From Candidatus Udaeobacter sp. (GTDB lineage: Bacteria; Verrucomicrobiota; Verrucomicrobiia; Chthoniobacterales; UBA10450), in assembly GCA_036488345.1 (NCBI GenBank), contig DASXHS010000079.1, positions 1,092 through 65,091 on the forward strand: 64,000 bases of DNA, read 5' to 3'. The first letter of the stretch is position 1. Every line of letters starts with the position of its first letter. The position numbers and the translations under genes are program-made. Below are positions 1 to 11,355 of the stretch, piece after piece. The notes beneath the pieces were generated by a model, which was not told where the DNA came from, ran no database searches, and saw only the letters and a program-made list of their open reading frames with translations.

Positions 1-1251
1 GATCTGGCAACAGGCGGACGCCGTCGATCATCCCTATCCGCGCTCGTTGTCGCGGAGATCGCGTGTTCGCTTGTGCTGACCGTTAGCGTTGGCCTGCTGC
101 TGCACAGCTTCTGGCGCGTCATGCACGTGGATCCCGGTTTCCAAGCGCAATCGTTGCTTCGTGTTTACCTGCGAAGCGATTCGCCGCCAAACGATCCAGA
201 TGGCATTCGGAAATACGCGGCGAAGAACGTGCCATTCTGGCAGAGCGTACTAAGAGAAGCGTCGTCGCTACGCGGTGTGCGTTCAGTCGCATTGTCTGAT
301 TGGAGGCCAGGCCGCGATGCTGCGGTCGCGACAGTGATGTTTCAAGATCGCGCGAACGATCCCGCACGTTTGCCGACAATCGACGGCTCCTGGGTCAGCG
401 CAGATTTCTTTCAAACTGTTGGCGATCCGGTGCTCGCCGGTCGCTTTTTCAACGAACACGACAACGCCGCCGCGCCCGCGGTTGCCATCATTAACGTAGA
501 AGCTGCGCGGGAATTCTGGCCCGGCGAAAATCCAATTGGGAAACGTATCGGAATTAATTACACCGGACCGGGCCGACGAACGAGTAACGACGTGCCGCGC
601 GTGCGCGAAATCGTCGGAGTCGTAGGTAACATGAAGCACGGGAGCCTGGATGGTCCGACCGCGCCCGCGGTTTATCTCCCATATCTTCAGGACGAGACCT
701 ATCACGACATGTCGGCGATGAATCTCCTCGTCCGCAGCGAAGGAAATTCGATTGCCCTAACAAGTGGTCTCCGCGATTGCATTCACCACATCCGCCCTAA
801 CGAACCGGTGCAGGAAATCAGTAGCGTCGAGGAAATGCTCGCCACATCCGTAGCTCCGCGGCGTTACACGCTTTTCTTCCTGGGCGCGTTCGCGGCTCTT
901 GGGCTGCTGCTCGCGACGATCGGCATTTATGGCGTGATCTCCTACACCACGTCACAACGAACCCGCGAATTCGGCATTCGCGTCGCACTCGGCGCGACGC
1001 GAGGACGCGTCATCTCCCGCGTGCTCCACGAAGGCTTCGTTCTCGTTGCAGCAGGATCGCTACTCGGGGTCGGCGCGGCGCTCGCCCTGACACGCACGCT
1101 TTCAAGCCTGCTGTTTGAAATCAGTCCGCTCGACCTAACCAGCTTCACCGCCGGCGTCGCCCTACTTGGCTTTGTGGCGTTGTGCGCCTGCGTGATCCCT
1201 GCATGGAGAGCTTCGCGCGTCGATCCAATGGACGCTCTGCGCACCGAGTGA
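1..1251 (+). CDS. ADOP-type (MacB/FtsX-like) duplicated orphan permease, C-terminal part; the 5' end lies outside the window
   Basis: Frame 1 is open from base 1. It has an FtsX-like C-terminal TM block and a conserved tail, WRASRVDPMDALRTE, shared with the downstream paralogs. The TGA at 1249-1251 lies 1 nt before the next ATG. Confidence 0.85.
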   Translation, partial: DLATGGRRRSSLSALVVAEIACSLVLTVSVGLLLHSFWRVMHVDPGFQAQSLLRVYLRSDSPPNDPDGIRKYAAKNVPFWQSVLREASSLRGVRSVALSDWRPGRDAAVATVMFQDRANDPARLPTIDGSWVSADFFQTVGDPVLAGRFFNEHDNAAAPAVAIINVEAAREFWPGENPIGKRIGINYTGPGRRTSNDVPRVREIVGVVGNMKHGSLDGPTAPAVYLPYLQDETYHDMSAMNLLVRSEGNSIALTSGLRDCIHHIRPNEPVQEISSVEEMLATSVAPRRYTLFFLGAFAALGLLLATIGIYGVISYTTSQRTREFGIRVALGATRGRVISRVLHEGFVLVAAGSLLGVGAALALTRTLSSLLFEISPLDLTSFTAGVALLGFVALCACVIPAWRASRVDPMDALRTE

Positions 1252-1252
1252 A

Positions 1253-3712
1253 ATGAATGATTTAAAACTCGCTTTTCGCCAGCTTCGCAAATCGCCGGGA
1301 TTTACTGTTGTCGCGGTGGTCATGCTGGCGCTTGGTATCGGTGCGAACACCGCCATTTTCAGCGTGGTCAACGCGGTGTTGTTAAAGCCACTGCCATTTC
1401 CGTCGCCGGATCGGCTTGTTGCTGTTGGCAGCACAAATCTGAGGGACCCGGACAGATCCCACCTGTTCAACTCGCTTTCTTATCCGGACTTCTTCGATTT
1501 CCGAAATCAAAACCGGACGTTCGACTGCATGTCGATCTATCGCGGTGGCAGTTATGCGCTCGTTAACGAACAAGGTGCGCAAAATGTCCAAGGATTGAAG
1601 GTCAGCGCGGAGTTCTTCGACGTCCTCGGCGTGAAGCCAACGATCGGCCGCGCGTTTGTTCGCGACGATGAACAAGCCGGAGGCGGACCAGGAGGATTCA
1701 AGGTTATTCTCACTCACGATTTGTGGATGCGGCTCTTTAATGGCGATAAGACTGCGATTGGTCGCACACTGCGCATCCAGGGCCATTCCTACACTGTCAT
1801 CGGAATCATGCCGCGCGGATTTCAATTTCCTTTCGAAACGCCGGCCACCGAAATGTACGTCACATTTGCGGAGGACGCAGCGACCGCGGACGGAACGAAG
1901 CCGAACACAGAACAGCGCGGCAATCACATGCTTCTGGCATTTGGTCGGCTTAAGCCGGGCGTGAACGCGGCGCAGGCCGAAGCCGATCTGCGAACGATCG
2001 CGGCTTCGCTGGAAAAACAATATCCGGAAACGAACACGCAATTTGGTGCCACCGTCGCCCCGCTTCGCGACGAGCTGATTGGGGACGTGCGCACTGCGCT
2101 TTACGTGCTCTTTGGTGCGGTCGTTTGCGTATTACTCATCGCCAATGCAAACGTTGCGAATCTTATGCTCGCGCGCGCGTCAGTGCGCGGAAAGGAGATC
2201 GCCTTGCGGGCGGCGCTGGGCGCGAGTCGCAGGCGAATCATTCGTCAATTACTCACGGAAAGTTTGTTGCTTGCGGGAATTGGCGGTTTCCTCGGTCTGT
2301 TGATCGCGAAGTGGGGAACTGAGGCCCTCATCGTGACCGTGCCGCAAAATATCCCACGCATCGGCGCGATCCAACTTGATGGCGCCGTTCTCGCCTTCAC
2401 TCTACTCGTTTCGATAGGTACCGGCGTTATTTTCGGATTGGTTCCGGCGTGGCACGCGTCGCGTGTCGATCTTAACAGCGCACTTAAGACAGGTACGCGA
2501 ATCGGCACTGGAGGCGAACACAAGCATCGTCTCCGTAATGGACTTGTCATGGGGGAGATCGCGCTCGCACTGATTCTGCTGGTTTGTGCCGGTTTATTGA
2601 TTCAAACATTCGCCCGACTTGGTCGCGTCCAGACCGGTCTGCGCACCGAAAATCTTTTCACTGCGCGCGTCAATTTGCCGGACGCATCCTATCCGCGACC
2701 AGCGAATGTGAACGCGTTTTTTGATCAATTACTTGTGAAACTCCGAACCATTCCCGGAGTCAATTCCGCCAGCATCATTCTGCCTCTGCCGCTGACCGGG
2801 AGTAACATAACGACTGATTTCGACATGGAAGAGCATCCGCTGCCGGAAGGACAACGGAACGACGCTCCCATGCGCATCACCGGCCTGGATTATTTCCAGA
2901 CAATGGGCATCCCGCTCTTGCAAGGCAGAGTTTTCGGGGAAACGGACAAGTTTGACTCGCTTCCCGTCGTCATAGTGAATGAGCGCTTCGCCCAGAAATT
3001 TTTTCCGGGACAAAATGTGGTCGGCAAGCGGATCCAGCCAGGCTGGAGTGTCGGCGATGACAAGCCCAAGATGCGTGAGATCGTCGGCGTTGTTGGGAAC
3101 GTGAAACATCTTTCGCTCCAGAAAGATTTCACGCCGGAAATGTACGTCCCGGCCACGCAAATTCCGATTAACCTCGTCTTTGTCGTAGCGCGCACCAGCC
3201 TGTCTGATCCCGCCGCCCTTACTACCGCGGTGCGCGATCAGCTCGCCTCGCTCGATCGCGATGTTCCGCTCACTCACGTTCGCGTTTTCGACGAATACAT
3301 GTCGCGAACGCTGGCCAAGCCGCGCTTCAACGCGTTGCTATTATCGATCTTCGCGGGAACTGCGCTGCTTCTGACGGCGATTGGAATTTACGGCGTGCTT
3401 GCTTATTCCGTCTCGCAACGCACAAACGAGATCGGAATCCGGATCGCACTCGGCGCTGCGCAATCGAACATTTTCCGGTTGATCGTTGGCCAGGCGATGC
3501 TGCTGGTCGCGATCAGCATGGCGATCGGGCTGCTCGGCGCATTCATGGCAACGCGTTTCCTGAGCAGCCTGCTTTACGGGGTCGCCGCGTGGGATCCGAT
3601 CACTTTCGCGTCAATTGCCACGCTTATTGCCGGCGTTGCGTTTCTTGCTTGCTGGCTCCCGGCCCGCCGTGCTGCGCGTGTTGATCCTGTTATTGCTCTT
3701 CGTGCTGAATGA
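1253..3712 (+). CDS. ADOP-type duplicated orphan permease (two MacB-periplasmic-core + FtsX modules, no ATPase domain)
   Basis: 819-aa ORF. The N-terminus [18 protein letters not shown] runs straight into TM1. There is an internal second module (LRNGLVMGEIALALILL) and the tail is [16 protein letters not shown]. No Walker A motif was seen. Confidence 0.9.
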   Translation: MNDLKLAFRQLRKSPGFTVVAVVMLALGIGANTAIFSVVNAVLLKPLPFPSPDRLVAVGSTNLRDPDRSHLFNSLSYPDFFDFRNQNRTFDCMSIYRGGSYALVNEQGAQNVQGLKVSAEFFDVLGVKPTIGRAFVRDDEQAGGGPGGFKVILTHDLWMRLFNGDKTAIGRTLRIQGHSYTVIGIMPRGFQFPFETPATEMYVTFAEDAATADGTKPNTEQRGNHMLLAFGRLKPGVNAAQAEADLRTIAASLEKQYPETNTQFGATVAPLRDELIGDVRTALYVLFGAVVCVLLIANANVANLMLARASVRGKEIALRAALGASRRRIIRQLLTESLLLAGIGGFLGLLIAKWGTEALIVTVPQNIPRIGAIQLDGAVLAFTLLVSIGTGVIFGLVPAWHASRVDLNSALKTGTRIGTGGEHKHRLRNGLVMGEIALALILLVCAGLLIQTFARLGRVQTGLRTENLFTARVNLPDASYPRPANVNAFFDQLLVKLRTIPGVNSASIILPLPLTGSNITTDFDMEEHPLPEGQRNDAPMRITGLDYFQTMGIPLLQGRVFGETDKFDSLPVVIVNERFAQKFFPGQNVVGKRIQPGWSVGDDKPKMREIVGVVGNVKHLSLQKDFTPEMYVPATQIPINLVFVVARTSLSDPAALTTAVRDQLASLDRDVPLTHVRVFDEYMSRTLAKPRFNALLLSIFAGTALLLTAIGIYGVLAYSVSQRTNEIGIRIALGAAQSNIFRLIVGQAMLLVAISMAIGLLGAFMATRFLSSLLYGVAAWDPITFASIATLIAGVAFLACWLPARRAARVDPVIALRAE

Positions 3713-3731
3713 AAACGCTGCGACAACTTCT

Positions 3732-3871
3732 GGGGAACGCGGGCGCCTCGCCCGCTATGTCGTGCGCCTCGCGCGACACGATTCCAACGCGCGCAAGACA
3801 CACAGACATTGGACCGATCGTAGGTTTTTGGCGGGGCGCCAAAAATCGCTGGCGAGGCGCCCGCGCTCCCC
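3732..3871. repeat. GC-rich nested palindromic element in the only sizeable gap of the permease array
   Basis: ggggaacgcgggcgcctcgcc (3732-3752) is the reverse complement of ggcgaggcgcccgcgctcccc (3851-3871) with 1 mismatch. An inner perfect hairpin tttttggcg/cgccaaaaa lies at about 3826-3845. Confidence 0.7.
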
Positions 3872-3905
3872 ATCATGAACGCTTAACGAATCGTAACGAA
3901 TCATT

Positions 3906-6374
3906 ATGATCTCCGACTTCAAATACGCGCTGCGGACACTGGCTAAATCGCCTGGATTCACTTTGGTCGCTGTCCTGACGCTCGCGCTGGGGATCGGTGC
4001 AAATACCGCGATCTTCTCTGTCGTCGAAGGTGTGCTCCTGCGCCCGTTGCCCTTCCCGAATGCGGAACGACTCGTTAGGATCTACGAAGCCCAGGATGAA
4101 AATGGCGCGCGTTCCGGGACGTTGAACCTGAGCGACCGCACGGTTGCGCGGTTCAAGGAGTTCGGGCGCGATATATTCGAAGATGTGGCCGGCGGAACCG
4201 GCGGCGCATCAGTCGTTAGTGCAAAGGCTGGTTCGCCAGCTCAAACCGTCCCCGCCGCGCTTGTCACCTACAACTTTTTTGATGTCCTGGGATTACCGCT
4301 GTCGCAGGGCCGCAACTTCACTACACAAGAGGGGAGCGATAAAGCAGCGAACGTAGTCATCATCAGCGACGACTTTTGGCGCAACACGCTTAATTCACGT
4401 CGCGACGTGCTCGGCAGCACGATCGTGATCGATGGAACACCGCGGACAATCATCGGCGTAATGCCAAAAGCATTTCGGCATCCGTATCGCGCGAGTTTGT
4501 GGTTGCCGCTCGCGCTCGAGCCTAACAACCCGGTGATGATCAATAATCATTATCTGTATGGCGCCGCGCGACTCCGACCTGGCATCACGCCGATGAAAGC
4601 AGAAGAAGCTGTAAAGCGCATGTGCGCCAGGATTAATCGCGACGATCCGAATCCGGCGAACGTCCGCGCCGCTTACATCCCGCCGTTGCGCGAAAGTTTT
4701 GTGATGGATTTGCGGCCGAAAATTCTGGTCATTGTCGGGGCCGCAGTTTGTGCGCTGCTGATCGCAGCGGCGAATTTCGCTGGTCTGCTGCTCGCCCGCG
4801 TGATCGACAGGGAAGGGGAATTTGCCTTGCGTGCCGCGCTCGGCGCGAGCAGCCGACGACTTGTTCGACAGCAACTTATTCAGGCCCTTTTGCTCGCTTT
4901 GCTCGGAACTGCGCTGGGTTTGCTTATCGCACTCTGGATTACGCCAACGCTGTTCGCATTGAGTCCGGAAGGTGCGGACGCGACCGGCAGCGCGATGCGC
5001 GAATTCGACTACGCAGCCCGGCTCGATCTGCCTGTATTCGCGTTTGCTGCCGGTGTCATGACGCTGGTCGGTTTGGGTTTTGGTTTGCTGCCTGCAATCC
5101 GTGCAGCGCGCACAGATTTGCGCGGTGCAATGAGTGTCACATCACGCGGCGCGACACTCGATCGCAGCGCGCGCAGATTACTCGGTTCCTTTGTTGTGAT
5201 CGAACTCGCGATTGCCGCTGCCCTTCTGACAGCGAGCGTCACCGCGACGCAATACTTCCGGAAGGTAATCGACGAGCCATGGGGTTTCGAGACGAAAGAC
5301 CGCCTCGCCTTTAACGTCACCGCTCCCGATCGATTCTTCCCCAGCGCCGCTGCGAAACAGAGCGCGCTCGAAACGTCGCTCGCTCAACTGCGGCAAGTGC
5401 CCGGAGTCAAATCCGCCACCGTCGTGTCGCCGTCGCCCATGGATGCGCCGTGGACATTGATACCATTCAACGCGGAAGGCGCGCCCGCACCGGAGCCACG
5501 CGGGACCTATACAGCGTACTCGCGCATTCCAGTGCCTGGGTATTTCCGGAGCATGGGGGAGCCGTTGTTACAGGGCCGCGATTTCAATGCGAGCGATACT
5601 GCCGACGCGCCGCTCGTCTGTATCATTAGCCAAAGTATTGCGAAAAAGTTTTGGCCTAACGATTCACCGATTGGTAAACGCATCCGTTGGGGGCGACTCG
5701 ATGGAATTCGTCCTTGGTTCACGATTGTCGGCGTTGTCGGCGACATGAAAGCCATCGCGGATCCGCGCGACGGTGAAGTGCTCGGCATGATCGCGCGGCC
5801 GCTCGCGCAAATGCTCGTGCACGCTACGACACCGCTTGAAGACATCACGTTCGTTATGCACACCGATGGCCGTTCGGTGAACGAGTCGACGATCCGCGCC
5901 GCGCTCGCGCGTGCGAATGCGAATCTCGCCGCATACAACTTTGTCTCGCTCCAGGATGCAGCCGCGCGCTCGCGTACGACCGAGCGATTCATTTTCGTTC
6001 TGGTCTCATCATTCGGACTCGTGGGGCTCGTTCTCGCTGCAGTGGGTTTGTATGGTTTGCTCGCGCTCCAGGTCGCGCGACGGGAACGCGAGTTCGGCCT
6101 CCGGAGCGCGCTTGGGGCCACCGCGCGCCAGATCATCCAGCTCGTCGCGCGGCAGGGCGCAGTCTTACTTTCGTTAGGCTTCACTGCCGGCGCGCTTTCG
6201 ACTTACGGAGTGGTGCGACTGGTCAAAAATCAGTGGGCCGAAATGCCGGCGCCGAACCTGATCGCGTGCATTTGCGCAGCGATCGTGCTCGGCATCGCGG
6301 TGATGATCGCGTGTTGGCTGCCCGCGCGCCGAGCTGCGCGGGTTGATCCCGTTATTGCTCTTCGAGCCGAATAA
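3906..6374 (+). CDS. ADOP-type duplicated orphan permease
   Basis: 822-aa ORF. The N-terminus is [19 protein letters not shown] and the tail is [19 protein letters not shown]. Architecture matches its neighbours. Confidence 0.9.
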   Translation: MISDFKYALRTLAKSPGFTLVAVLTLALGIGANTAIFSVVEGVLLRPLPFPNAERLVRIYEAQDENGARSGTLNLSDRTVARFKEFGRDIFEDVAGGTGGASVVSAKAGSPAQTVPAALVTYNFFDVLGLPLSQGRNFTTQEGSDKAANVVIISDDFWRNTLNSRRDVLGSTIVIDGTPRTIIGVMPKAFRHPYRASLWLPLALEPNNPVMINNHYLYGAARLRPGITPMKAEEAVKRMCARINRDDPNPANVRAAYIPPLRESFVMDLRPKILVIVGAAVCALLIAAANFAGLLLARVIDREGEFALRAALGASSRRLVRQQLIQALLLALLGTALGLLIALWITPTLFALSPEGADATGSAMREFDYAARLDLPVFAFAAGVMTLVGLGFGLLPAIRAARTDLRGAMSVTSRGATLDRSARRLLGSFVVIELAIAAALLTASVTATQYFRKVIDEPWGFETKDRLAFNVTAPDRFFPSAAAKQSALETSLAQLRQVPGVKSATVVSPSPMDAPWTLIPFNAEGAPAPEPRGTYTAYSRIPVPGYFRSMGEPLLQGRDFNASDTADAPLVCIISQSIAKKFWPNDSPIGKRIRWGRLDGIRPWFTIVGVVGDMKAIADPRDGEVLGMIARPLAQMLVHATTPLEDITFVMHTDGRSVNESTIRAALARANANLAAYNFVSLQDAAARSRTTERFIFVLVSSFGLVGLVLAAVGLYGLLALQVARREREFGLRSALGATARQIIQLVARQGAVLLSLGFTAGALSTYGVVRLVKNQWAEMPAPNLIACICAAIVLGIAVMIACWLPARRAARVDPVIALRAE

Positions 6375-6376
6375 TT

Positions 6377-8797
6377 ATGAATGACTTGAAGTTTGCTCTT
6401 CGCCAGCTACGGAAATCGCCCGGGTTCTCGGCGCTCGCCATTATCACGCTTGCGATTGGAATTGGATTGAACACCGCGATCTTCAGCTTGATTAACGATC
6501 TGTTTTTGCGGGCGTTGCCGTTTAAGGAGCCATCGCGCGTGGTCCATCTTTATGGCGGCGACAAATCGCGTGATCTGGAGGATATCGGCGTGTCGACTCC
6601 GCGTTACCAACATTTTCACGACGGCCAAACCGTGTTCGATGGATTAGCCGGAGAAAATTTCTTTCTCTTCACACTCACTGGTCTTGGCGATCCGGTGCAG
6701 GTCTTTGGCGGCCGTTTAACTTCGAACTATTTTGACCTGCTGGGCGTCCGTCCGATTATCGGCCGCAACTTCCTGCCGCAGGAAGAAGAGGCCGCCGACG
6801 TGGCGGTCGTGACGAAGAATTTTTGGCAGAAGCGGCTTGGCGGCGATCGAAACGTGATTGGGCGCAGTATCACGCTGGACGGCACGCCGCACACGATCGT
6901 GGGCGTGCTCCCGAACATGCCGGCGACCTGGTTCGGAGCGAACCCAATCGCGGAGGTCTGGACCACGAAGCCGTTCCAGCTTCCGGGGTTTTCGTACGAA
7001 CGAATGATGCGCGGCACGAGCTTTCTGCGCGTGATCGGCCGGCTCAAGCCGAACATCACGCTCCAGCAGGTGAGAGCGGCGCTGCCGTCGCTTGACCAAA
7101 GTTATCGAACACAATACCCGAATAAAATCGACAGCGGGTTTACGACGACTCTGAGGACGCTGCCGGAAGATGTGACACAAAATTTCCGTGCTGGTTTCAT
7201 CACGCTGTTCGCTGCGGTTTGCTTTGTGTTGCTCATCGCGTGCAGCAATGTCGCCAACCTGTTGCTGGTTCGTTTCAGCAGTCGTCGACGCGAAATCGCG
7301 TTGCGAATGGCACTCGGCGCCTCGCGTTCCGGAATCATCCGTCTCTTTGTTCTTGAAAGCCTGCTTGTCAGTATCCTCGCGGGCGGTGCCGGCGCATTCG
7401 TGGCGTGGCGGTTGGTTCCGCTTGTTCCGAAAATGGCGTCAAACTTTCTTCCGCTTGAAGGGAACGTCGCAACCAGTCTTTCGCTCGAGGTTCTCGTCTT
7501 CACGATTGGATTGTCAATTTTGACGGGATTGCTCATGGGTGTTTATCCAGCGCTCCAAGCCTCGCGCGCGGATCTCGTTGACGGACTGAAAGAAGGCGGA
7601 CGCGGATCAAGTGGCAGTGTGCGGCAACAACGGTTCCGCAAAATTCTGGTCGGCGGGCAAGTGGCGCTCTCGGTCACGTTGCTCGCGGGCGCGGGCCTGT
7701 TGATCAGCAGCTTTATGCGCTTGAGTCAGCAGAATCTTGGTTTTGGTTCGCAACATCTGTGGACTGGAACAATCACGTTGCCAACCACGCAGTATGCCGA
7801 CGCGGGATCCCGTCAGCGTTTCATCGAGCAACTGCTAAATGCGCTCCGCGACGTTCCCGGTGTCCAGAGCGCTACGGTTAGCGGCGACATTCCATTGAAT
7901 GGCGGCAATCGAACGCTGTACGCAAGAGGCGATCGTGATCTGCCGCCGGTGGAACAACGCGTTACTGCGCCGAGTCATGATGTGGCACCGGACTTTTTCA
8001 AAACGTGGCGAATTCCGTTGCTCGCTGGCCGCGAATTCAACGAGCACGACGCGGCCGAGAGTCAAAACGTTGTGCTGATTAGCCAGACAGGCGCAAAGAA
8101 AGTTTTCGCCGGCGAAAATCCGATTGGCAAAACCTTGCTCGTGACGAGCGCCGGGACGCCATGCGAGATCATCGGGATCGTCGGCGATATCAGGTCGCAA
8201 CGCATCAAAGAAGAGCCGGGCATGGAGTTTTATCGGCCGTGGTCACAGGAAAATTTTCCGTTCATTAGTGTCGCCGTCCTCAGCACGCTAAACAGCGATG
8301 CGGTGACGAAGCTGGCGCAATCGGCGCTGAGTAAGGTCAATCCGGGCCTGGCAATTGCGCTCCCGCAAAGCATGGATGCGATCGTGGCGCAGGCACTCGG
8401 GCAAGCGCGTTTAATGATGATTCTTCTGGGCCTGTTCGCTGGCATTGCCTTGCTTTTGGCAGCCGTGGGGATTTATGGCGCAGTCGCTTACAGCGTTGCT
8501 CAACGGACCGGGGAGATTGGCGTCCGCATTGCGCTGGGTGCACAAGCTGCGGATGTACTCAGGCTCATTTTGGGCCAGGGTATGATGCCAGTGTTAATCG
8601 GACTCGCTGCCGGTATCGCGGCGGCCCTCGCGCTCGGCCGCTTACTTAGAACGCAGCTCTATCAGATTTCACCGCACAACCCAACGCTGCTTTTCACAAC
8701 AGCATGTGTTCTGGCTTTAGTGGCGTTGCTTGCTTGTTTGGTCCCCGCGCGGCGAGCCGCACATCTTGATCCAATTCAGGCGCTACGCGCGGAGTGA
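6377..8797 (+). CDS. ADOP-type duplicated orphan permease
   Basis: 806-aa ORF beginning [18 protein letters not shown], starting 2 nt after the previous stop. The tail is [16 protein letters not shown]. Confidence 0.9.
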   Translation: MNDLKFALRQLRKSPGFSALAIITLAIGIGLNTAIFSLINDLFLRALPFKEPSRVVHLYGGDKSRDLEDIGVSTPRYQHFHDGQTVFDGLAGENFFLFTLTGLGDPVQVFGGRLTSNYFDLLGVRPIIGRNFLPQEEEAADVAVVTKNFWQKRLGGDRNVIGRSITLDGTPHTIVGVLPNMPATWFGANPIAEVWTTKPFQLPGFSYERMMRGTSFLRVIGRLKPNITLQQVRAALPSLDQSYRTQYPNKIDSGFTTTLRTLPEDVTQNFRAGFITLFAAVCFVLLIACSNVANLLLVRFSSRRREIALRMALGASRSGIIRLFVLESLLVSILAGGAGAFVAWRLVPLVPKMASNFLPLEGNVATSLSLEVLVFTIGLSILTGLLMGVYPALQASRADLVDGLKEGGRGSSGSVRQQRFRKILVGGQVALSVTLLAGAGLLISSFMRLSQQNLGFGSQHLWTGTITLPTTQYADAGSRQRFIEQLLNALRDVPGVQSATVSGDIPLNGGNRTLYARGDRDLPPVEQRVTAPSHDVAPDFFKTWRIPLLAGREFNEHDAAESQNVVLISQTGAKKVFAGENPIGKTLLVTSAGTPCEIIGIVGDIRSQRIKEEPGMEFYRPWSQENFPFISVAVLSTLNSDAVTKLAQSALSKVNPGLAIALPQSMDAIVAQALGQARLMMILLGLFAGIALLLAAVGIYGAVAYSVAQRTGEIGVRIALGAQAADVLRLILGQGMMPVLIGLAAGIAAALALGRLLRTQLYQISPHNPTLLFTTACVLALVALLACLVPARRAAHLDPIQALRAE

Positions 8798-8798
8798 C

Positions 8799-11276
8799 AT
8801 GAACGATCTCAAATTCGCTCTGCGCCAGCTTCGGAAATGGCCAGGGTTCACTTCAATCGCCGTAATTACAATCGCGCTCGGCATTGGAGCCACAACGGCC
8901 ATTTTCACTGTCGTTGATGCCACGCTTTTAAGGCCTTTGCCGTACCCGGAGCCCCAACAATTGGTAACCATTCAGGACGACCTTCGAGGCCTCGGTGCGC
9001 GCGACGTCGGAATGTCTCAACCAGAATGGGAGGATCTGCAGCGTTCTGGAATTTTCGAGTACGTCTCGCCCACATGGTTTGACGAAAATAATCTCACAGG
9101 ATCGGAACAACCTGCCCGGGTTCGGTTGCTAATCGTAGCGCCGAATTATTTTGAGTTGCTGCGAGTGAAGCCGCAGTTAGGTCGGGGTTTCAATCCGCGC
9201 GATCATTCGCCGGGATTTGTTGGGGAAATTGTGATCAGCGATAGCCTTTGGAAACGAGCGTTCGGCGCCGATCCACACGTTTTGGATAGGAACGTGCGAA
9301 TGGATACCGACCTCTATCGTATTGTCGGAGTAATGCCTCCCGGTTTTGATGCCCCAGGAAGAACGGCAGAAGAAAGGAACATCGAGATCTGGGCGGCGAC
9401 CAGTTTTTACGGCGCGCCGATGGCTGATCATCCACGACGCAGCGGACGGAATCTGCCCACAGCAATTGCGCGACTGAAACCGGGATTGACGATTGCAGCG
9501 GCGCAGAAACGGATAGACGCACTTGCCGATTCGTTACAAAAACAATTTTCAGCGGATTATCCGGACCAAAATGCATGGCGGATTCAGTTGGTGCCGCTGA
9601 AAGATAAGATCGTTGGCAACGTTCGGCAGTCTGTGGTTTTGCTGTTTGCCGCAGTCGGACTGGTTCTTCTGATTAGCTGTGTAAACGTCGCGAACCTGTT
9701 GCTTGCTCGAGCCAGTGCGCGCGGACGCGAAATGGCGCTTCGCCAGGCACTCGGTGCAAGTCAGGCGCGGCTGATGCGCCAATTGCTGACGGAAAGTTTG
9801 CTCCTTTCCCTGATCGGCGGAGTAGCCGGCGTGGCGATTTTATTCGCTCTGAAAGATCTTCTGCTGCGATTCGTGCCGGACGATCTCCCGCGACTCAACG
9901 AAATCTCGATCAGCTGGGCTGTTCTGCTTTTTGCCGTCTGCGTTTCTGTTTTATCGGGCATAATTTTTGGTCTTGCTCCGGCGTTCCAAGCTAGCCGACT
10001 GGACTTGCATAAGGCATTGAAAAAGGAAGGCCAGGGCTCAGCGGGTTCGGCTCAGCGCGCGCGCACGCGGCGCGGACTGGTGATTACTGAATTCGCGCTG
10101 TCTTTGGTCCTGATGATTGCTGCAGCTCTCCTGCTACACAGTTTTTGGGATTTGCTAAATGTGAGGACAGGGTTCGACACGCGCAACGTGTTGACGGTCC
10201 GGACGAGGATGCCTTATCCCAACGACGCGAGCGTCGACAAGTACGCGACGGCTTCGCAGGAAGCGCCGTTCGTGCGGGAACTTATTCGGCGTTGCGCGAG
10301 TTTGCCGGGGGTAGAAGAAGTCGCGATCGGTGATCCAGCGACTATTCCGCTCGACCAAACCGGGCACGAACTGAACGTCCTTGAGGGGCACGTCTATGTG
10401 ACGTTTGAAGGGCAAAAAGTTGATCAACAAAAGCCGACCGTTGTGCAACGAGCCAGAGTTACGCCCGGTTACTTCCATTTGCTTGGATTAACGCTGGTTC
10501 GTGGCCGTTTGTTTAATGAATTTGACAACGACACGGCGCCGCAAGTGGCAGTGGTGAATGAGGCATTTGCGCGCACCTATTGGCCTAACGAGGAAGCTTT
10601 AGGCAAGCGGTTTAAATCAACGAGACCCGGGGCTCCGTGGATAACCGTGGTTGGTGTCATCGCGAATGCGCGGACAGAATCGCTGGCGCAAGCTGACGTG
10701 CCGCAACTTTATCTGAACCTGTACCAGACCGGTGCGAAACATTTGGCAATATTGTTGCGCGGCCATCTCAACACGGCGCGGATTGCCGATGAAGTTCGCA
10801 ACCAAGTGCAGTCGTTGGATTCGACGCTTCCGGTATTCGGTGCGCAAACGTTAACCGAAACCGTCTCTGCTTCGTTGTCGCAGAGGCGCTTCTCCCTGGA
10901 AGTAATCGCACTGTTTGCACTGACGGCATTGCTGCTGGCGTCGATCGGCGTTTACGGAGTGATCTCCTACCTGGTTACAGAGCGCACCCGTGAGATCGGT
11001 ATTCGGCTGGCACTGGGCGCACAAAAGAAGAACATCCTGCGTGTTATTCTACAGCAAGGATTTCAACTCGCAGTTGCGGGTGCCGCCATTGGCATTGTTT
11101 GCGCGGTAATCGTGTCGCATTTGATGGCAAGTTTACTTTACGGGGTGAAACCGACCGACCCGCTCAGCTTCGGCGGCGTAGCTGCGCTTTTCGTCGGTGT
11201 TGCGCTGCTCGCCTGTTATCTTCCAGCCCGCCGCGCAATGAAAATCGATCCAATGGTTGCTTTGCGGCACGAGTAA
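8799..11276 (+). CDS. ADOP-type duplicated orphan permease
   Basis: The ATG at 8799 gives [18 protein letters not shown], matching the paralog N-termini, and lies 1 nt after the previous TGA. The track start at 8730 would overlap the upstream gene by 68 nt. Confidence 0.88.
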   Translation: MNDLKFALRQLRKWPGFTSIAVITIALGIGATTAIFTVVDATLLRPLPYPEPQQLVTIQDDLRGLGARDVGMSQPEWEDLQRSGIFEYVSPTWFDENNLTGSEQPARVRLLIVAPNYFELLRVKPQLGRGFNPRDHSPGFVGEIVISDSLWKRAFGADPHVLDRNVRMDTDLYRIVGVMPPGFDAPGRTAEERNIEIWAATSFYGAPMADHPRRSGRNLPTAIARLKPGLTIAAAQKRIDALADSLQKQFSADYPDQNAWRIQLVPLKDKIVGNVRQSVVLLFAAVGLVLLISCVNVANLLLARASARGREMALRQALGASQARLMRQLLTESLLLSLIGGVAGVAILFALKDLLLRFVPDDLPRLNEISISWAVLLFAVCVSVLSGIIFGLAPAFQASRLDLHKALKKEGQGSAGSAQRARTRRGLVITEFALSLVLMIAAALLLHSFWDLLNVRTGFDTRNVLTVRTRMPYPNDASVDKYATASQEAPFVRELIRRCASLPGVEEVAIGDPATIPLDQTGHELNVLEGHVYVTFEGQKVDQQKPTVVQRARVTPGYFHLLGLTLVRGRLFNEFDNDTAPQVAVVNEAFARTYWPNEEALGKRFKSTRPGAPWITVVGVIANARTESLAQADVPQLYLNLYQTGAKHLAILLRGHLNTARIADEVRNQVQSLDSTLPVFGAQTLTETVSASLSQRRFSLEVIALFALTALLLASIGVYGVISYLVTERTREIGIRLALGAQKKNILRVILQQGFQLAVAGAAIGIVCAVIVSHLMASLLYGVKPTDPLSFGGVAALFVGVALLACYLPARRAMKIDPMVALRHE

Positions 11277-11355
11277 TTGCTCCATGTATTTGCCTTCCGA
11301 CTTCGTTTGAATATCCATGGCACTTCGCTGTCTCACATCTAACTCCAAACCTTCT

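Noticed and set aside
5507-6184. A 225-aa minus-strand ORF, plus several 100-220-aa alternative-frame ORFs across 1-11 kb.
   Set aside because: All lie inside the ADOP permease genes, whose frames are supported by five-fold paralog conservation.
8730-8798. Upstream extensions of track ORFs: 8730, 17289, 29990, 32208, 38253, 28043(-), 53778(-) and 57488(-).
   Set aside because: Each extension overlaps the preceding gene or translates a repeat. In each case an internal start restores the paralog or family N-terminus, or a signal peptide or SD sequence.
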